Part shown: in pieces, positions 10,792-22,267 of the stretch
Position numbering within the stretch: the stretch's first letter is position 1
Layout: each line of letters starts with the position of its first letter
NCBI GenBank assembly: GCA_963822965.1
Contig: CAWGJT010000014.1
Location: 1 to 64,000, forward strand
Length of the DNA stretch: 64,000 nucleotides
Reading direction: 5' to 3'
Source of the DNA: an uncultured delta proteobacterium
Lineage (GTDB): Bacteria; Myxococcota_A; UBA9160; UBA4427
The notes under the pieces: model-generated
What the model was told of the DNA's origin: nothing
Database searches by the model: none
Seen by the model: the letters and a program-made list of their open reading frames with translations, nothing else
Program-made: the position numbers and the translations under genes

Positions 10792-11163
10792 CTACCCGGG
10801 AGAGCCGAGCAGGGTGAGGACGTTGCCGTCGGGATCGCGCAGGTGCGCCAGCACCCCGCCCCAGGGCTGGGTCTCGGGCGGCTCGAGGAACTCGACGCCG
10901 CGCCCGGTCAGGGTCTCGTAGGCGGACTGGATGTCCGGAACCCGGAGCGAGACGCAGAGCATGCGCCCGACCAGCGCCTGAGCCTCGGGGTCGTCGGGCG
11001 CCGCGCGCTCCAGCGCCAGCTGCCCTTCTCCCGTCGCGAGCTGCGCCCAGCCCAGCTCGTCGCTGCGATAGGTGCTCGGAATGCCCAGGGTCTCGGTGTA
11101 GAAGCGGATCGCCCGCTCCCAGTCGGTCACGAAGATCCGCACCGCGACGAGTCGGTAGTCCAC
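10792..11163 (-). CDS. VOC/glyoxalase family protein
   Basis: VTDWERAIRFYTETLG ... QPWGG..AHLRDPDGNVL. GTG start at 11163. Confidence 0.88.
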   Translation of the reverse strand: MDYRLVAVRIFVTDWERAIRFYTETLGIPSTYRSDELGWAQLATGEGQLALERAAPDDPEAQALVGRMLCVSLRVPDIQSAYETLTGRGVEFLEPPETQPWGGVLAHLRDPDGNVLTLLGSPG

Positions 11164-11175
11164 GTGGGGGAACCT

Positions 11176-11256
11176 GGGGGGAGGCCGAATGAGTACGGAG
11201 GGCGGCCGAAGGGGTCTGGAGGGCGGCCGAAGGGGTCTGGAGGGCGGCCGAAGGGG
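11176..11256. repeat. 21-bp tandem repeat GGAGGGCGGCCGAAGGGGTCT x~3 plus one degenerate copy
   Basis: Units at 11197, 11218 and 11239 (partial). Degenerate unit at 11176. Confidence 0.9.
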
Positions 11257-11261
11257 GCATG

Positions 11262-11762
11262 TCAGCCGCCGCCCCGTCGCACCCGGCGGGCCGCGATCCC
11301 GACCAGGCCCGGCCCCACCAGCAGCGCGCTGGCGGGCTCGGGAACGACCTCGCTGGCGACCACGATGCTGCCGCCGGCCAGGACCGTCAGCTCGCCGATG
11401 GGCCCGGAGAGTGCCACCACCAGGTCCTGGTCGAACGTGAAGGGACCGCTGGCACAGGACGGCGCGCAGAGCGAGAGAGTGCCCGCGGTGATCGATTGGG
11501 CCACGAAGATGTCGACGGCGGCGGACAGGTCGAGGGTGTTCGCCACGATCGTATCCGGCGCGTAGACGTAGACGTCCTGGGACGTGGAGAGCGTGAGGTC
11601 GCCGGAAGGAAGCGAGAAGAGCAGGAAGTCGCTGAAGTCGACGCCCTCGATCACCACGGCATGCGCGGTGTCGCTCCACATCGCCAGCGCGAGGACGAGG
11701 CTGACGAAGAGCGCGCCTCCAGGACGGACGCTCGCGGGCGCTGCGTCGGACCGGACCTTCAC
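11262..11762 (-). CDS. PEP-CTERM protein (exosortase target)
   Basis: Signal peptide ending TAHA. C-terminus VPEPASALLVGPGLVGIAARRVRR. RBS AAGGAGG. Confidence 0.9.
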   Translation of the reverse strand: MKVRSDAAPASVRPGGALFVSLVLALAMWSDTAHAVVIEGVDFSDFLLFSLPSGDLTLSTSQDVYVYAPDTIVANTLDLSAAVDIFVAQSITAGTLSLCAPSCASGPFTFDQDLVVALSGPIGELTVLAGGSIVVASEVVPEPASALLVGPGLVGIAARRVRRGGG

Positions 11763-12043
11763 GGGATTCCTCCTTCTTCGAAGGCCGACAGGCTACCACG
11801 TTTCGGTGTCGCTCCCGCGCGGAATCGCGGCTCGATCGGCGCGGCTCCTCACGCCATCCGGGGGCTCGATCGCGTCCGGTCCTCCGGGCCTCGTCGGCGG
11901 CCGAGCGCAAGGAGGGGATCTCGCCGCGGACCGCCGCTTGAAGGCCGGAGTAGGGAGGGCTCGCGGGCAGGCCAGGGCTGGTCCACAGTCGATGGGGGCC
12001 GAAGGAGGGCCTGCCGCGACATGCGAAGCCGGACGACGACGCC

Positions 12044-13699
12044 ATGACCCTGTCACCCCTGGCGGGCAAGCCCGCCCCGAAAGAGCTGCTGATCGACGTG
12101 GCCCGGCTCGAGCGGGAGTACTTCGAGCGGACGCCCGAGCCGGACGATCCCGCCCAGCGGGTGGCTTTCGGCACCAGCGGGCACCGCGGCTCGTCGCTGC
12201 GCGGCTCGTTCAACGAGGCCCACATCCTCGCGATCACCCAGGCGATCTGCGAGTACCGGCGCGCGCAGGCGATCGACGGCCCGCTCTACATGGGCAAGGA
12301 CACCCACGCGCTCTCCGGTCCCGCCCAGCGCACCGCCCTCGAGGTGCTGGCGGCGAACGGACATCGAGGCGGTGATCCAGCGAGACGACGGCTGTCACGC
12401 CGACGCCGGTGATCTCGCGCGCCATCCTCGCCTACAACCGCGGCCGCAGCGAGCATCTCGCCGACGGCATCGTCGTCACGCCCTCCCACAACCCGCCCGC
12501 GGACGGCGGCTTCAAGTACAACCCGCCCAACGGCGGCCCGGCCGACACCGAGGTGACGGGCCGGGTGCAGGACCGGGCCAACGAGCTGCTGCGGTCGGGC
12601 TGCGCCGGCGTGAAGCGCCTGTCGCTCGAGAGGGCGATGCGGGCGACGACCACGCGCGAGGAGGACCTCGTCCTCCCCTACGTGAACGACCTGCGCAACG
12701 TGGTGGACATGGACGCCATCCGGGGCGCCGGTCTCGCCCTGGCGGTGGACCCCCTCGGCGGCTCCGCGGTCCACTACTGGGAGCCCATCAACTCGGTCTA
12801 CGGGCTCGACATCGAGGTGGTGAACCCGAGCGTCGACCCCACCTTCTCGTTCATGACCGTGGACCACGACGGCGCCATCCGCATGGACTGCTCCAGCCCC
12901 TACGCGATGGCGCGGCTCGTGGGCCTGAAGGATCGCTACCGGGTGGCCTTCGCGAACGATCCCGACGCCGACCGGCACGGCATCGTGACTCCGTCCGCGG
13001 GGCTGATGAACCCGAACCACTACCTGGCCGTCGCCATCCACTACCTGCTCACCCACCGCCCCGACTGGCCGGCGGACGCCGTGGTCGGCAAGACGCTGGT
13101 CTCGAGCAGCATGCTCGACCGCGTGGTGGGCGACCTCGGGCGGCGCTTGTGGGAGGTGCCGGTGGGCTTCAAGTGGTTCGTGCCGGGCCTCTTCGACGGC
13201 TCGTGCTGCTTCGGCGGGGAGGAGAGCGCCGGCGCGAGCTTCCTGCGCCTCGACGGCAGCGTCTGGACCACCGACAAGGACGGTCCGATCATGGATCTTC
13301 TGGCGGCCGAGATCACCGCGCGCACGGGCCGCGACCCCGGTGAGCACTATCAGGCGCTCACGTCCCGCTTCGGCGCGCCCTCCTACGTGCGGATCGACGC
13401 GCCCGCCACGCCGGACGCAGAAGGCGAGGCTCGGCAAGCTGTCGCCGGAGGACGTCCGGGCCTCGAGCCTGGCGGGCGAGGCGATCACGGCCCGGCTCAC
13501 CCGGGCGCCGGGCAACGACGCCCCGATCGGCGGCCTGAAGGTGACGACGGAGAACGGCTGGTTCGCGGCGCGTCCCTCCGGCACCGAGAACATCTACAAG
13601 ATCTACGCGGAGAGCTTCCGGGGCGACGAGCACGTCGAGGCGATCCTGCGCGACGCGCGGGGGATCGTGGACGAGGTGCTGGGCGAGCCGGCGTCGTAG
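12044..13699 (+). CDS. pgm: Phosphoglucomutase (alpha-D-glucose phosphate-specific), frameshifted ~12365-12395 and ~13415
   Basis: [39 protein letters not shown]. Confidence 0.95.
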
Positions 13700-13778
13700 C
13701 CGTCGCGTCCGTTCCGATTCCGCTTCCCGCGCGAGCTCCTCGGATGGGGTCGCGCAGGCGGGGTCCGCCCTCGCGGCG

Positions 13779-14610
13779 TCACGACCGGAGACGTCCCGGA
13801 CGGCGACCCAGGTAGACGGGGGTGACCATCCGGCGCTCCACCACGACCGCCGAAGCGGCTCTCGGCGACTCCGCCACGCGGTCGAGCAACGCCTCGCGCT
13901 GTCGGCTCGGACAGCCGGGAGATCGACGACCAGGTCGCGTACAGCGACCGGACCCGTCGGGTGTCGAGGACGAGCGTCCAGCGGATCACCTCCGTCAGGA
14001 CCTCGTCGTCCGCGCCGGCGGCCGACAGGTCGGCGAGACGCCCGGCCCGGTCGAGGGCGTACGGCAGCGCTCCCTCCCCGCACTGCGACGCCGAGGGCGA
14101 CAGCTCCGCCAGCACCGGCGCCGTGGCCTCGTGGAAGGGATCGGGCTGCTCGGGGTCGCCGAAGACGTTCCAGAAGAGCGCGATCCAGCCGCCCGGGTGT
14201 CAGGCACGCGCCCAGCTTGCGGGGGCCGGCTTCGGGGTCGAGCCAGTGGAAGGAGGTCGCGCACACCGCCAGGCGGAACGGCTGCCGGGCTCGAGGTCGG
14301 CGGACTCGAAGGGGCTCGCGACGAGACGCATCGCGTCGTTCGAGCCGAGGGCCAGCTCCTCGAGCGCGGCGCGAAGCCGGGGTCGGGCTCGACCGACCAC
14401 CAGCGGACGCGCACCGAGCGCGAGCAGCCGCCGGCTCGCCTGGCCCGTGCCGGGGCCCACCTCGAGGGTGGGGCAGCCGGCACGGAGACCGCAGCGGTCG
14501 ACCAGCAGCTCGAACACGCGGTCGGGATAGCCGGGTCGCGCCTCGGCGTAGCCGGTCGCGTCGCGGCCGAAGAGCCTGCGGCCTTCTTCGCGTGAGAACG
14601 TCTCGGGCAT
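13779..14610 (-). CDS. Class I SAM-dependent methyltransferase (frameshifted)
   Basis: [26 protein letters not shown]. Confidence 0.8.
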
Positions 14611-14647
14611 GGCAGTGTCGGCCGCCGCGTCGGGCCCGCGGCCGAGG

Positions 14648-14974
14648 CTACCACGCCGAGGCCATGTCCATACCCGAGGATCGCGAGGGCGATGGACGCG
14701 GCCACGAGCCAGGCCACCAGGACGTTGGCGCAGAGCAGGGCGATTCGGGTGCGCGCCCGGCGGCCGGCGGAGAGCGGGTACAGTGGCGCGCTCAGCACGC
14801 TCCGGCGGCCAGGTACGGCACAGCCTTCAGCGTCAGCATCGAGAAGAAGGCCTCCGCCTCGGTGTCGATGGGCAAGAGGCCGCTCGCGATGCCGAGCAGC
14901 GGCAGCACGACGAACCCCAGCACCGCGGCGCCCCCGAATACGCCGGCCGCCCACCCGGCGGCCCCCAGCACCAT
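14648..14974 (-). CDS. Small hypothetical membrane protein (frameshifted)
   Basis: Three hydrophobic segments across two frames. Ends approximate. Confidence 0.45.
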
Positions 14975-14988
14975 CGCGGCTCGGAATC

Positions 14989-15806
14989 TCAGCGAGACCC
15001 TCCGGTCTCCGGGTCGGCGGCAAGGCCGCGACCGGTGACCAGGCCCGAATCGATCGTGAGGTGGAAGAAGCCGCGATCGGCGATCTCCGAAGCCACCCGC
15101 GCGCGGATCTGCTCGGCCTGTCGTGCGGTCAGGTCGCTGGAAGACGCCACGTAGTCCACCACCGCACCGGGATCGGTCACCTCCAGGTGATTGGGAAAGC
15201 GGTGGACGTCCACGGCCGTGAAGCGCTCGCCCATGGCGCGCGCTCCGCTGGTGAGATCGAAGGCCTGCATGCTGACGGGCCTCTCCCGGGTCAGCCCCAC
15301 CGCGAGCCGGAGCGACTCCAGCTCGCGCAGGTGGTCTGGACCGACGGTGGAGGCGAACAGGGGGGCGCCGGGTCGCAGCACCCGGTGCAGCTCGAGCAGC
15401 GCGGCCCCGACGTCCTCGGCGTGGTACAGCATGTGGTTGGCGAGGGCGGCCTCGAAGCAGGCGCTCGGGAACGGCAGACGGGCCACGCTGGCCTGCACCG
15501 AGCGGAGGCGAGCCGCCGGACACGTCGCGGGCGGCTCGCAGCATGCCCGACGACAGGTCGCAGAGGGTCAGCGGCACGGGGCCGGCGTGCGGCCGCATCC
15601 TTCCAGAACGCGCCGTTTCCGCAGCCGACGTCGAGCACCGCGCCGAAGCGGTCGAGGCCGCAGCGGCGGTGCAGCCAGGCGTACCAGCTCTCGTGCGAGA
15701 CGGAGTAGGTCTGGTGGAGGCGCATCCTCGCGGCGAGCCGGGCGTCGCTGGCGTACTGGCCCGTCCGCAGGTCCTGCTCGTCTCCGCCGATGCCCGAGGT
15801 CGCCAT
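14989..15806 (-). CDS. Class I SAM-dependent methyltransferase (frameshifted)
   Basis: VLDVGCGNG, CDLSSGML, LPFPSACFEAALANHMLYH, RVLRPG. Confidence 0.82.
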
Positions 15807-15930
15807 CCGCTGCGTCGGCCGTCGTTCCTCGCGCTCGCCGCCCGAGCGTGGATGTCTTCGCCGACGAAGGGTAACACGCGTCGGTGATTCGAGGACCTCG
15901 CCCGCTCCGCCGGAGGCGGGGCGGCACCGT

Positions 15931-16440
15931 TCAGGGGCGAGAGGCGGGCAGCGCCTTCTCCAGGTAGATCTCGGTCTCCCGGAAGCCTTCGGCGGCGTAG
16001 AGCGACGAGGCGCCGGCGTTGCCGGCCTTGACGGAGAGCTGGAGCGAGCGGGCTCCGGCCTCTCGCGCCCGGGCCTCGGCGGCGCGCAGGAGCGCGCGCC
16101 CGATGCCGCGGCCGCGGTGCGTCTCCAGCACGACCAGGTCCGACAGGAAGCCGTGGGCGGTGGGATCGTCGTCGGGCTCCGGAGAGCGGTAGCGCGCCAG
16201 ACCGACGCGAACCCGACCACCGCACCTGCGAGCTCGGCGACCAGCACCCAGCCATCGAACTCCCGGCAGCGCTGGAACATCAGCTCGAGGTAGGCGTCCG
16301 CGATGCTCTCGCCGGCGGGGATGCGCGGGTCGAGGCTCCGCTCGAAGTCCTGCAGCTCGACGAAGCAGGCCGCACGTCCCGACGGTCGCGCGACGCGTCG
16401 AAGTCCCGGATCGTCGGAATGGGGCGCCGTGCCGGCACGC
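15931..16440 (-). CDS. GNAT acetyltransferase (frameshifted)
   Basis: DLVVLETHRGRGIGRALL, NAGASSLYAAEGF. Start approximate. Confidence 0.82.
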   Translation of the reverse strand, partial: ACRHGAPFRRSGTSTRRATVGTCGLLRRAAGLRAEPRPAHPRRREHRGRLPRADVPALPGVRWLGAGRRARRCGGRVRVGLARYRSPEPDDDPTAHGFLSDLVVLETHRGRGIGRALLRAAEARAREAGARSLQLSVKAGNAGASSLYAAEGFRETEIYLEKALPASRP

Positions 16441-16664
16441 CGACAGGCTACCGGGTCGGCCGGGAGATGTCCGCGAGGGATCGCGACCGTGATCTGGATC
16501 ACCGGATCGACCCACGCGGGGCCGACGTGCCGAGGCTGTGCGCCCGACCACGTTCCGTCCGGACGCGCCTGCCGCTGTTCGATGAGAGCCGCACTCGCGG
16601 GGGGAGGGCGGCGGCGGCTCGAGACGGATCCGTTCCCGCTGGCGCGGGACTTCGAGGTGTCGCC

Positions 16665-18465
16665 ATGAACGTCGTGTCCACTCCCAGGCGTGTCGCCCCC
16701 AGGCGACGGAGACTCCTTGCCCTCTCGCTCGTCCTGCCCGTCGTGGTCGCCGCCGGGGACGCCGCCCTGGCCCGTGGGCGCGACGCACGCGGCGGATCGG
16801 ACGCTGTCTCGCCTTCGCTCCAGATCCAGCCGCGCTCCTCGCACGACGGCCACCGGAGCCGACCGAAGCCGCCCGCCGGGGTGCGGAGCCTCGACGGCAG
16901 CGGCAACCATCTCGCCGACCCGGACCGCAACGCCACCTACACGGTCCTCGTCCGGAGCGTTCCCGCCGACTACGCCGACGGCGTCTCCAGCCTGGCCGGA
17001 CCGGACCGGCCGGGCGCACGGGAAGTGAGCAACATCGTGAGCGCCCAGGCCCCGGCTCGTGACCAACCCCTTCGGCACCAGCGACTTCCTCTGGCAGTGG
17101 GGCCAGTTCGTCGACCACGACATCGATCTCAGCGACGGGACGGATCCCGCCCGAGCCCGCCCCGATCCCGGTGCCCGCCGGCGACCCGGACTTCGACCCC
17201 GGCGGAACCGGCAGCGTCGGTCATCCCCTTCAACCGTTCGCTCTACGATCCCGAGACCGGCACCGACCCGGACAACCCGCGCCAGCAGCTGAACCAGATC
17301 ACGCGGCTGGATCGACGCCTCCAACGTGTACGGCTCGAACGAGGAGCGCGCCCGGGCGCTGCGACGCAACGACGGCACGGGCCGGCTCGCCGTCGGGCCC
17401 GGCGACCTGCTGCCCGACGACGACGGCAGCCTGCCCAACGCCACCGGCGGCTCGGACCAGGTGATGTTCCTGGCCGGCGACGTGCGCGCGAACGAGCAGC
17501 TGGGCCTCACCGCGCTCCACACGCTCTTCATGCGCGAGCACAACCGGCTGGCCGATCGCATCCGTCGCGACGATCCCCGGCTGGACGGGGACGCCGTCTA
17601 CGAGCGCGCCCGAAGCCTGGTGGGCGCGCTGATCCAGGCCATCACCTACCAGGAGTTCCTGCCGGCCCTGCTCGGCCCGGACGCCCTCCCGCCCTACCGG
17701 GGCTACGACCCGGACGTCGACGCGCGTCTCCGCAACGAGTTCTCCACCGCCGCCTACCGCTTCGGCCACAGCGCGCTGTCGCCCCGAGCTGCTGCGTCTC
17801 GACGCGCGCCTGGACGAGTTGCCCGAGGGCTCCATCGCCCTGCGCGACGCCTTCTTCAGCCCGGACCGGATGCGCGACGAAGGCGGCATCGAGCCGATCC
17901 TGCGGGGCCTGGCCCACCAGCGCGCACCAGCGCATCGACGTCTTCGTCGTCGACGACGTGCGCAACTTCCTGTTCGGACCGCCGGGCGCGGGCGGCTTCG
18001 ACCTGCCGGCCCTCAACATCCAGCGCGGCCGCGACCACGGCCTGCCCGGCTACAACGACACCCGCGAGGCCTACGGTCTGCCGCGCGCCGCCGGCTTCGA
18101 AGACGATGACCAGCGATCCCGGAGGTCGCAGGCCCGGCTGGCGGCCGCCTACGGGAGCGTCGACGACGTCGACCTGTGGGTGGGCGGGCTCGCCGAGGAC
18201 CCGTTGCCGGGCTCCGCAGCTCGGCCCCCTCTTCCACACCATCGTGGTCGAGCAGTTCACGGCGCTGCGCGACGGCGACCGCTTCTGGTACGAGCGCGCG
18301 CTCGCGCCGGAAGACCTGGACCGGGTCCGGCGGACCCGCCTCGCCGACGTGATCCGGCGGAACACCCGGATCGGAGCCGAGATCCCGGACGACGTGTTCC
18401 GGGTGGACGCGGGCGGGCAGGGCGGCTCGGGCGGCCACTCGGGGCACCACAGACACCGCCGATAG
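16665..18465 (+). CDS. Secreted animal-type heme peroxidase (peroxidase-cyclooxygenase superfamily), frameshifted
   Basis: RSLDGSGN, WQWGQFVDHD, GDVRANEQLGL..LHTLFMREHN, AAYRFGHS, NIQRGRDHGLPGYN, LRDGDRFWYE. Confidence 0.9.
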
Positions 18466-18469
18466 CCGA

Positions 18470-18492
18470 GGGAGCCCTCCGGGCTCCCCTTG
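18470..18492 (+). terminator. Hairpin downstream of the peroxidase gene
   Basis: GGGAGCC-CTCCG-GGCTCCC followed by CTT. Weak U-tract. Confidence 0.35.
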
Positions 18493-18655
18493 CGGCGGCC
18501 GGCCATCCGGCCTCGGGCCGAGGCCTATCGCCGCAGCTGCCCGCTCGGTAGGGTCTCGGCGTCTCACCCCGCCCCGCGTGGGGCGGGTTGGGGGCGGAGC
18601 CCGCTTGGCATGAGCCTTGCTCTTTACTTCCCCCAACCACAGGGGGAATCCGTCC

Positions 18656-20170
18656 GTGACGAGCAAGCAGACATCCGGCGCGACTGCGTCGCAGGCGCCC
18701 GAGCCCGAGCCCGAGCACTTCGACGTGCTGATCGTCGGGGCGGGCATCTCCGGCGTCGGGGCCGCCTACCACCTCAGCCACCAGTGCCCCGGCAAGACCT
18801 TCGTGGTCCTGGAAGGGCTGGAGAGCTTCGGCGGCACCTGGTGGATGCACCGCTATCCGGGCATCCGCTCCGACAGCGATCTCTACACCTTCGGGTATCG
18901 CTTCAAGCCGTGGACCGGACCGCCCATCGCCACCGCCGAGGAGATCCTCAGCTACATGGGCGAGGTCATCGAGGAGAACGATCTCGGCCGGCACATCCGC
19001 TACCAGCACCGGATCGACTCGGCGAGCTGGTCGAGCGAAGACGCGCTCTGGACGATCGAGGGAACTCGCACCGACACCGGCGAGGCCGTTCGCTTCACCG
19101 CGAGCTTCCTGTGGATGTGCCAGGGCTACTACCGGCACGCGGAGGGGTACACGCCCGAGTGGGACGGGATGGAGGACTTCGAGGGACAGATCGTCCACCC
19201 GCAGACCTGGCCCGAGGACCTGGACTACAAGGGCAAGAACGTCCTCGTGATCGGCTCGGGGGCGACGGCGGCGACCCTCGTCCCGGCCATCGCCGGCGAC
19301 TGCGCCCACGTGACGATGCTGCAGCGATCGCCGACCTGGTTCATTCCGGGTCGCAACGAGAACGAGCTGGCCGATCAGCTCCGCGCGCTGGAGATCGACG
19401 AGACCTGGATCCACGAGATCACGCGCCGGAAGATCCTGCACGACCAGGCCGCCATCACCGAGCTCTCCTTCGAGCAGCCGGAGCTGTTGAAGGAAGAGCT
19501 GCTCAAGCCCATCCGCGAGTACCTGGGCCCCGAGTACGACATCGAGAAGCACTTCACACCCCGGTATCGGCCCTGGCGGCAGCGCATCGCGTTCGTCCCG
19601 GACGGCGACATCTTCAAGGGTATCGCCTCCGGGAAGGCGTCGGTGGTCACCGACGAGATCGACCGATTCACGAAGAAGGGCATCCTGCTGAAGTCGGGGG
19701 AAGAGCTCGAGGCCGACATCATCGTCACGGCCACGGGCTTCAACATGAGCGTGCTGGGCGACATCGACTTCTTCGTGGACGGCAAGCCGGTGGACTTCTC
19801 GAAGACGGTCACCTACCGCGGCATGATGTTCACCGGCGTGCCGAACATGCTGTGGATCTTCGGGTACTTCCGGGCCAGCTGGACGCTGCGGGTCGACCTG
19901 CTCGGCGACTTCGTGTGCCGGCTCCTCAACCACATGGACGCCATCGGCGCGAAGCGGGTCGAGGCCGTGCTACGGCCGGAAGACGAGGACATGCCGCTGC
20001 TGGACTGGATCGACCCGGAGAACTTCAATCCCGGCTATCTGATGCGGAGCATGGACCTGCTGCCCAAGCGGGGCGACAAGCCCGAGTGGCAGCACACCCA
20101 GGACTACTGGACCGAGAAGCACCAGATCCCCGCCATCGACCTCGACGGTGCCGAGTTCCACTACGAGTAG
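18656..20170 (+). CDS. Flavin-containing Baeyer-Villiger monooxygenase (EthA-like)
   Basis: GAGISG, GGTWWMHRYPGIRSDSD, FEGQIVHPQTWP, GSGATA, TATGF. Confidence 0.92.
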   Translation: MTSKQTSGATASQAPEPEPEHFDVLIVGAGISGVGAAYHLSHQCPGKTFVVLEGLESFGGTWWMHRYPGIRSDSDLYTFGYRFKPWTGPPIATAEEILSYMGEVIEENDLGRHIRYQHRIDSASWSSEDALWTIEGTRTDTGEAVRFTASFLWMCQGYYRHAEGYTPEWDGMEDFEGQIVHPQTWPEDLDYKGKNVLVIGSGATAATLVPAIAGDCAHVTMLQRSPTWFIPGRNENELADQLRALEIDETWIHEITRRKILHDQAAITELSFEQPELLKEELLKPIREYLGPEYDIEKHFTPRYRPWRQRIAFVPDGDIFKGIASGKASVVTDEIDRFTKKGILLKSGEELEADIIVTATGFNMSVLGDIDFFVDGKPVDFSKTVTYRGMMFTGVPNMLWIFGYFRASWTLRVDLLGDFVCRLLNHMDAIGAKRVEAVLRPEDEDMPLLDWIDPENFNPGYLMRSMDLLPKRGDKPEWQHTQDYWTEKHQIPAIDLDGAEFHYE

Positions 20171-20197
20171 CCGTCGGGACGGATCGGGCTGATCGGG

Positions 20198-20644
20198 TCA
20201 GGAGGCGCGCCACACGCGGTGGACCGGTCGCATGCCGGGCTGCTGGAAGCTCTCCCAGGTGGTCCACAGCGCGCGCTCGAGGTCGAGCTCGTACAGCAGG
20301 TGCTGCTCGTCCGCGTCGTCGTACGGCATCGTCTCGAGCGCGGCCTGGCGTGCGCCGGGATCGAGGACGCGGGTGGCCCGGCCGGCGACGTAGAGCTCCT
20401 CGTCCTCGGGTCCGGGCAGGGCGTGGATCGCGAAGTGCCCGTTCGCGTCGAGGTCGCGGCGCTTGGGCGAGCCCGCCATCACGAAGGCCCACAGCCGTCC
20501 CTGGGCGATGCCCGGGCAGAAGGGGTGTACGCGCGGCCGACCCCGGGAGCTCACGGTGGCGAGGAACGCCACCTCCGGCAGCAGCCGGCGTCCGGCGGCC
20601 GCGATCTCCGGCGCCTCCCGCTCGAGGTCGTGCCAGCTCGCCAT
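20198..20644 (-). CDS. Pyridoxamine 5'-phosphate oxidase-like protein
   Basis: AFLATVSSRGRPRVHP, SPKRRDL..N..FAIH. Confidence 0.8.
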   Translation of the reverse strand: MASWHDLEREAPEIAAAGRRLLPEVAFLATVSSRGRPRVHPFCPGIAQGRLWAFVMAGSPKRRDLDANGHFAIHALPGPEDEELYVAGRATRVLDPGARQAALETMPYDDADEQHLLYELDLERALWTTWESFQQPGMRPVHRVWRAS

Positions 20645-20750
20645 GCTCCAAGCCTCCCGACTACGAGCCGGCCCCGTCCGCGGGGCAGACGGGGCAGGCT
20701 ACCACATACGGTGTCGCCTGCCGCTCGGGTCGAGCGGTCCCCGGGCCGTC

Positions 20751-21284
20751 TCACGAGGCCGGCAGGGCGAGCCGCATGGCCACGCGCTTGCGCGGGTCGA
20801 GGCCGTGCTCGGCCTCCTGCTGCAGGGTGGCTCGCAGCTCCGGGCCGACGTCGCGCACGGGTATCTCCCGGAACCCGAGGCGCTGGTAGAAGGGCCCGTT
20901 CCACGGAACGTGCCGAAACGTCGTCAAGGTGAGGGCGGAGAAGCCCTGGTCGCGAGCCCAGTCCGCGGCGTGCCCGACCAGGGCGCGACCGACGCCGCGC
21001 CTGCCGTGGGCCGGAAGGACGTCCATCTCCAGCAGGTGGGCCGACGCGTCCAGGAGCGTGGCCAGCGCAAAGCCCACGGGCGCGGGAGGCGCCAGGCTGC
21101 GGGCGACCCAGACACGCCCCGCCTCGGCGGCCCGCCGGAGCTCCGCCAGCGAGAGGCCTTCCTCTCCGGGGACGAGATCCTCGGGCGAGAAGATCGTGGC
21201 CGCCTCCGCCTCGATCCGCGGCAGCAGGGCGAGCTCGTCCGGGCGCGGGGCACCGATGCGGTAGCCGGGGGGTGCGCTCGTCAT
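20751..21284 (-). CDS. GNAT acetyltransferase
   Basis: EMDVLPAHGRRGVGRAL, LTTFRHVPWNGPFYQRLGF. Confidence 0.88.
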   Translation of the reverse strand: MTSAPPGYRIGAPRPDELALLPRIEAEAATIFSPEDLVPGEEGLSLAELRRAAEAGRVWVARSLAPPAPVGFALATLLDASAHLLEMDVLPAHGRRGVGRALVGHAADWARDQGFSALTLTTFRHVPWNGPFYQRLGFREIPVRDVGPELRATLQQEAEHGLDPRKRVAMRLALPAS

Positions 21285-21716
21285 GAATGGCGGTCTCCGG
21301 AGGCGGTTCGCCCGTTCCCAGGCTGAACCTTCGACACGTGACTCGAGCTCGGCCGCGAGCGAGTGCATGCCCCGCGCGATGGCCAGGTCGCGCGCTGTCT
21401 GTCCGGCGAAGCCGGGAGCACCGGAGCCCCGTAGCGACCGGTCGGCGCCCGCCTGGACGAGCAGGCGCACGATCTCGTCGTGGCCAGCCACGACGGCGAG
21501 CATCAGGGCGCTCAGTCCGAACTTGGCCGTCGCATCCAGATTCGGCTCGTGCTCGAGCAACGCCTCGACGACCCCGCGATGCCCCGCATGGGAGGCCCGC
21601 ATCAACGCCGTCTGTCCATGGCGGTCGGGGGCGTTCACGTCGCCGCCCCGCCGAAGCAGCTCGCGCACCGCGTCCGCGTCGGCCCGCGAGATCGCGTCGT
21701 CGAAGGACGCATCCAT
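21285..21716 (-). CDS. Ankyrin repeat protein (reads in frame into the GNAT gene)
   Basis: GDVNAPDRHGQTALMRA, FGLSALMLAVVAGHDEIVRLLVQAGAD, GQTARDLA. Confidence 0.85.
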
Positions 21717-21723
21717 GCAGGTT

Positions 21724-22170
21724 TCAGCGCCGGCGCCATGAGCCGCGGCGGCTCGGATGCGTGAGCTCGCCGTCGGGAAAGCGGGGCAGGTCGTCCGGGG
21801 TGTCGAACCAGGACAGGCCGGAGTCGCACCAGATGTGGGCCGTCGGGCGAATGGCCTCAGGGTCGTCGAGGCTCTGGGTCGAGACGCAGACGAGATCCGA
21901 GCCGTCCGCGGGGGGCGATGGATGTCGCCCATGGACCGGCGCGCCGCAGGTCGAGCAGAAGTAGCGCGTCCAGCGCTCCGAGGACGCGAATCCGGTGGGA
22001 CGGCCCCGGGTCAGCCGGAAGGCTCGGCCGGGCGCGTTGGCCCAGACCACGAGCGGAGCCCCGCTGAAGCGCCTGCAGATGGCGCAGCGGCAGGTTCCGG
22101 CGTCGAAGATCTCGCCGATCTCGAATCGCACGGCGCCGCAGAAGCAGCCACCGCGAAGCGTCTCTGCCAT
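21724..22170 (-). CDS. GFA (CENP-V/GFA) family protein
   Basis: GGCFCGAVRF, CRCAICRR, RYFCSTCG, PTAHIW. Confidence 0.9.
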   Translation of the reverse strand: MAETLRGGCFCGAVRFEIGEIFDAGTCRCAICRRFSGAPLVVWANAPGRAFRLTRGRPTGFASSERWTRYFCSTCGAPVHGRHPSPPADGSDLVCVSTQSLDDPEAIRPTAHIWCDSGLSWFDTPDDLPRFPDGELTHPSRRGSWRRR

Positions 22171-22267
22171 GCGCGCTCGCCCCCGGCTCGGGATCGGATG
22201 CGAGAAGGCTACCACGGCCTCGCAGGGGATGGCTCGGGTTCGGGGTCCCGTGCTCCGGCGCGCGACC

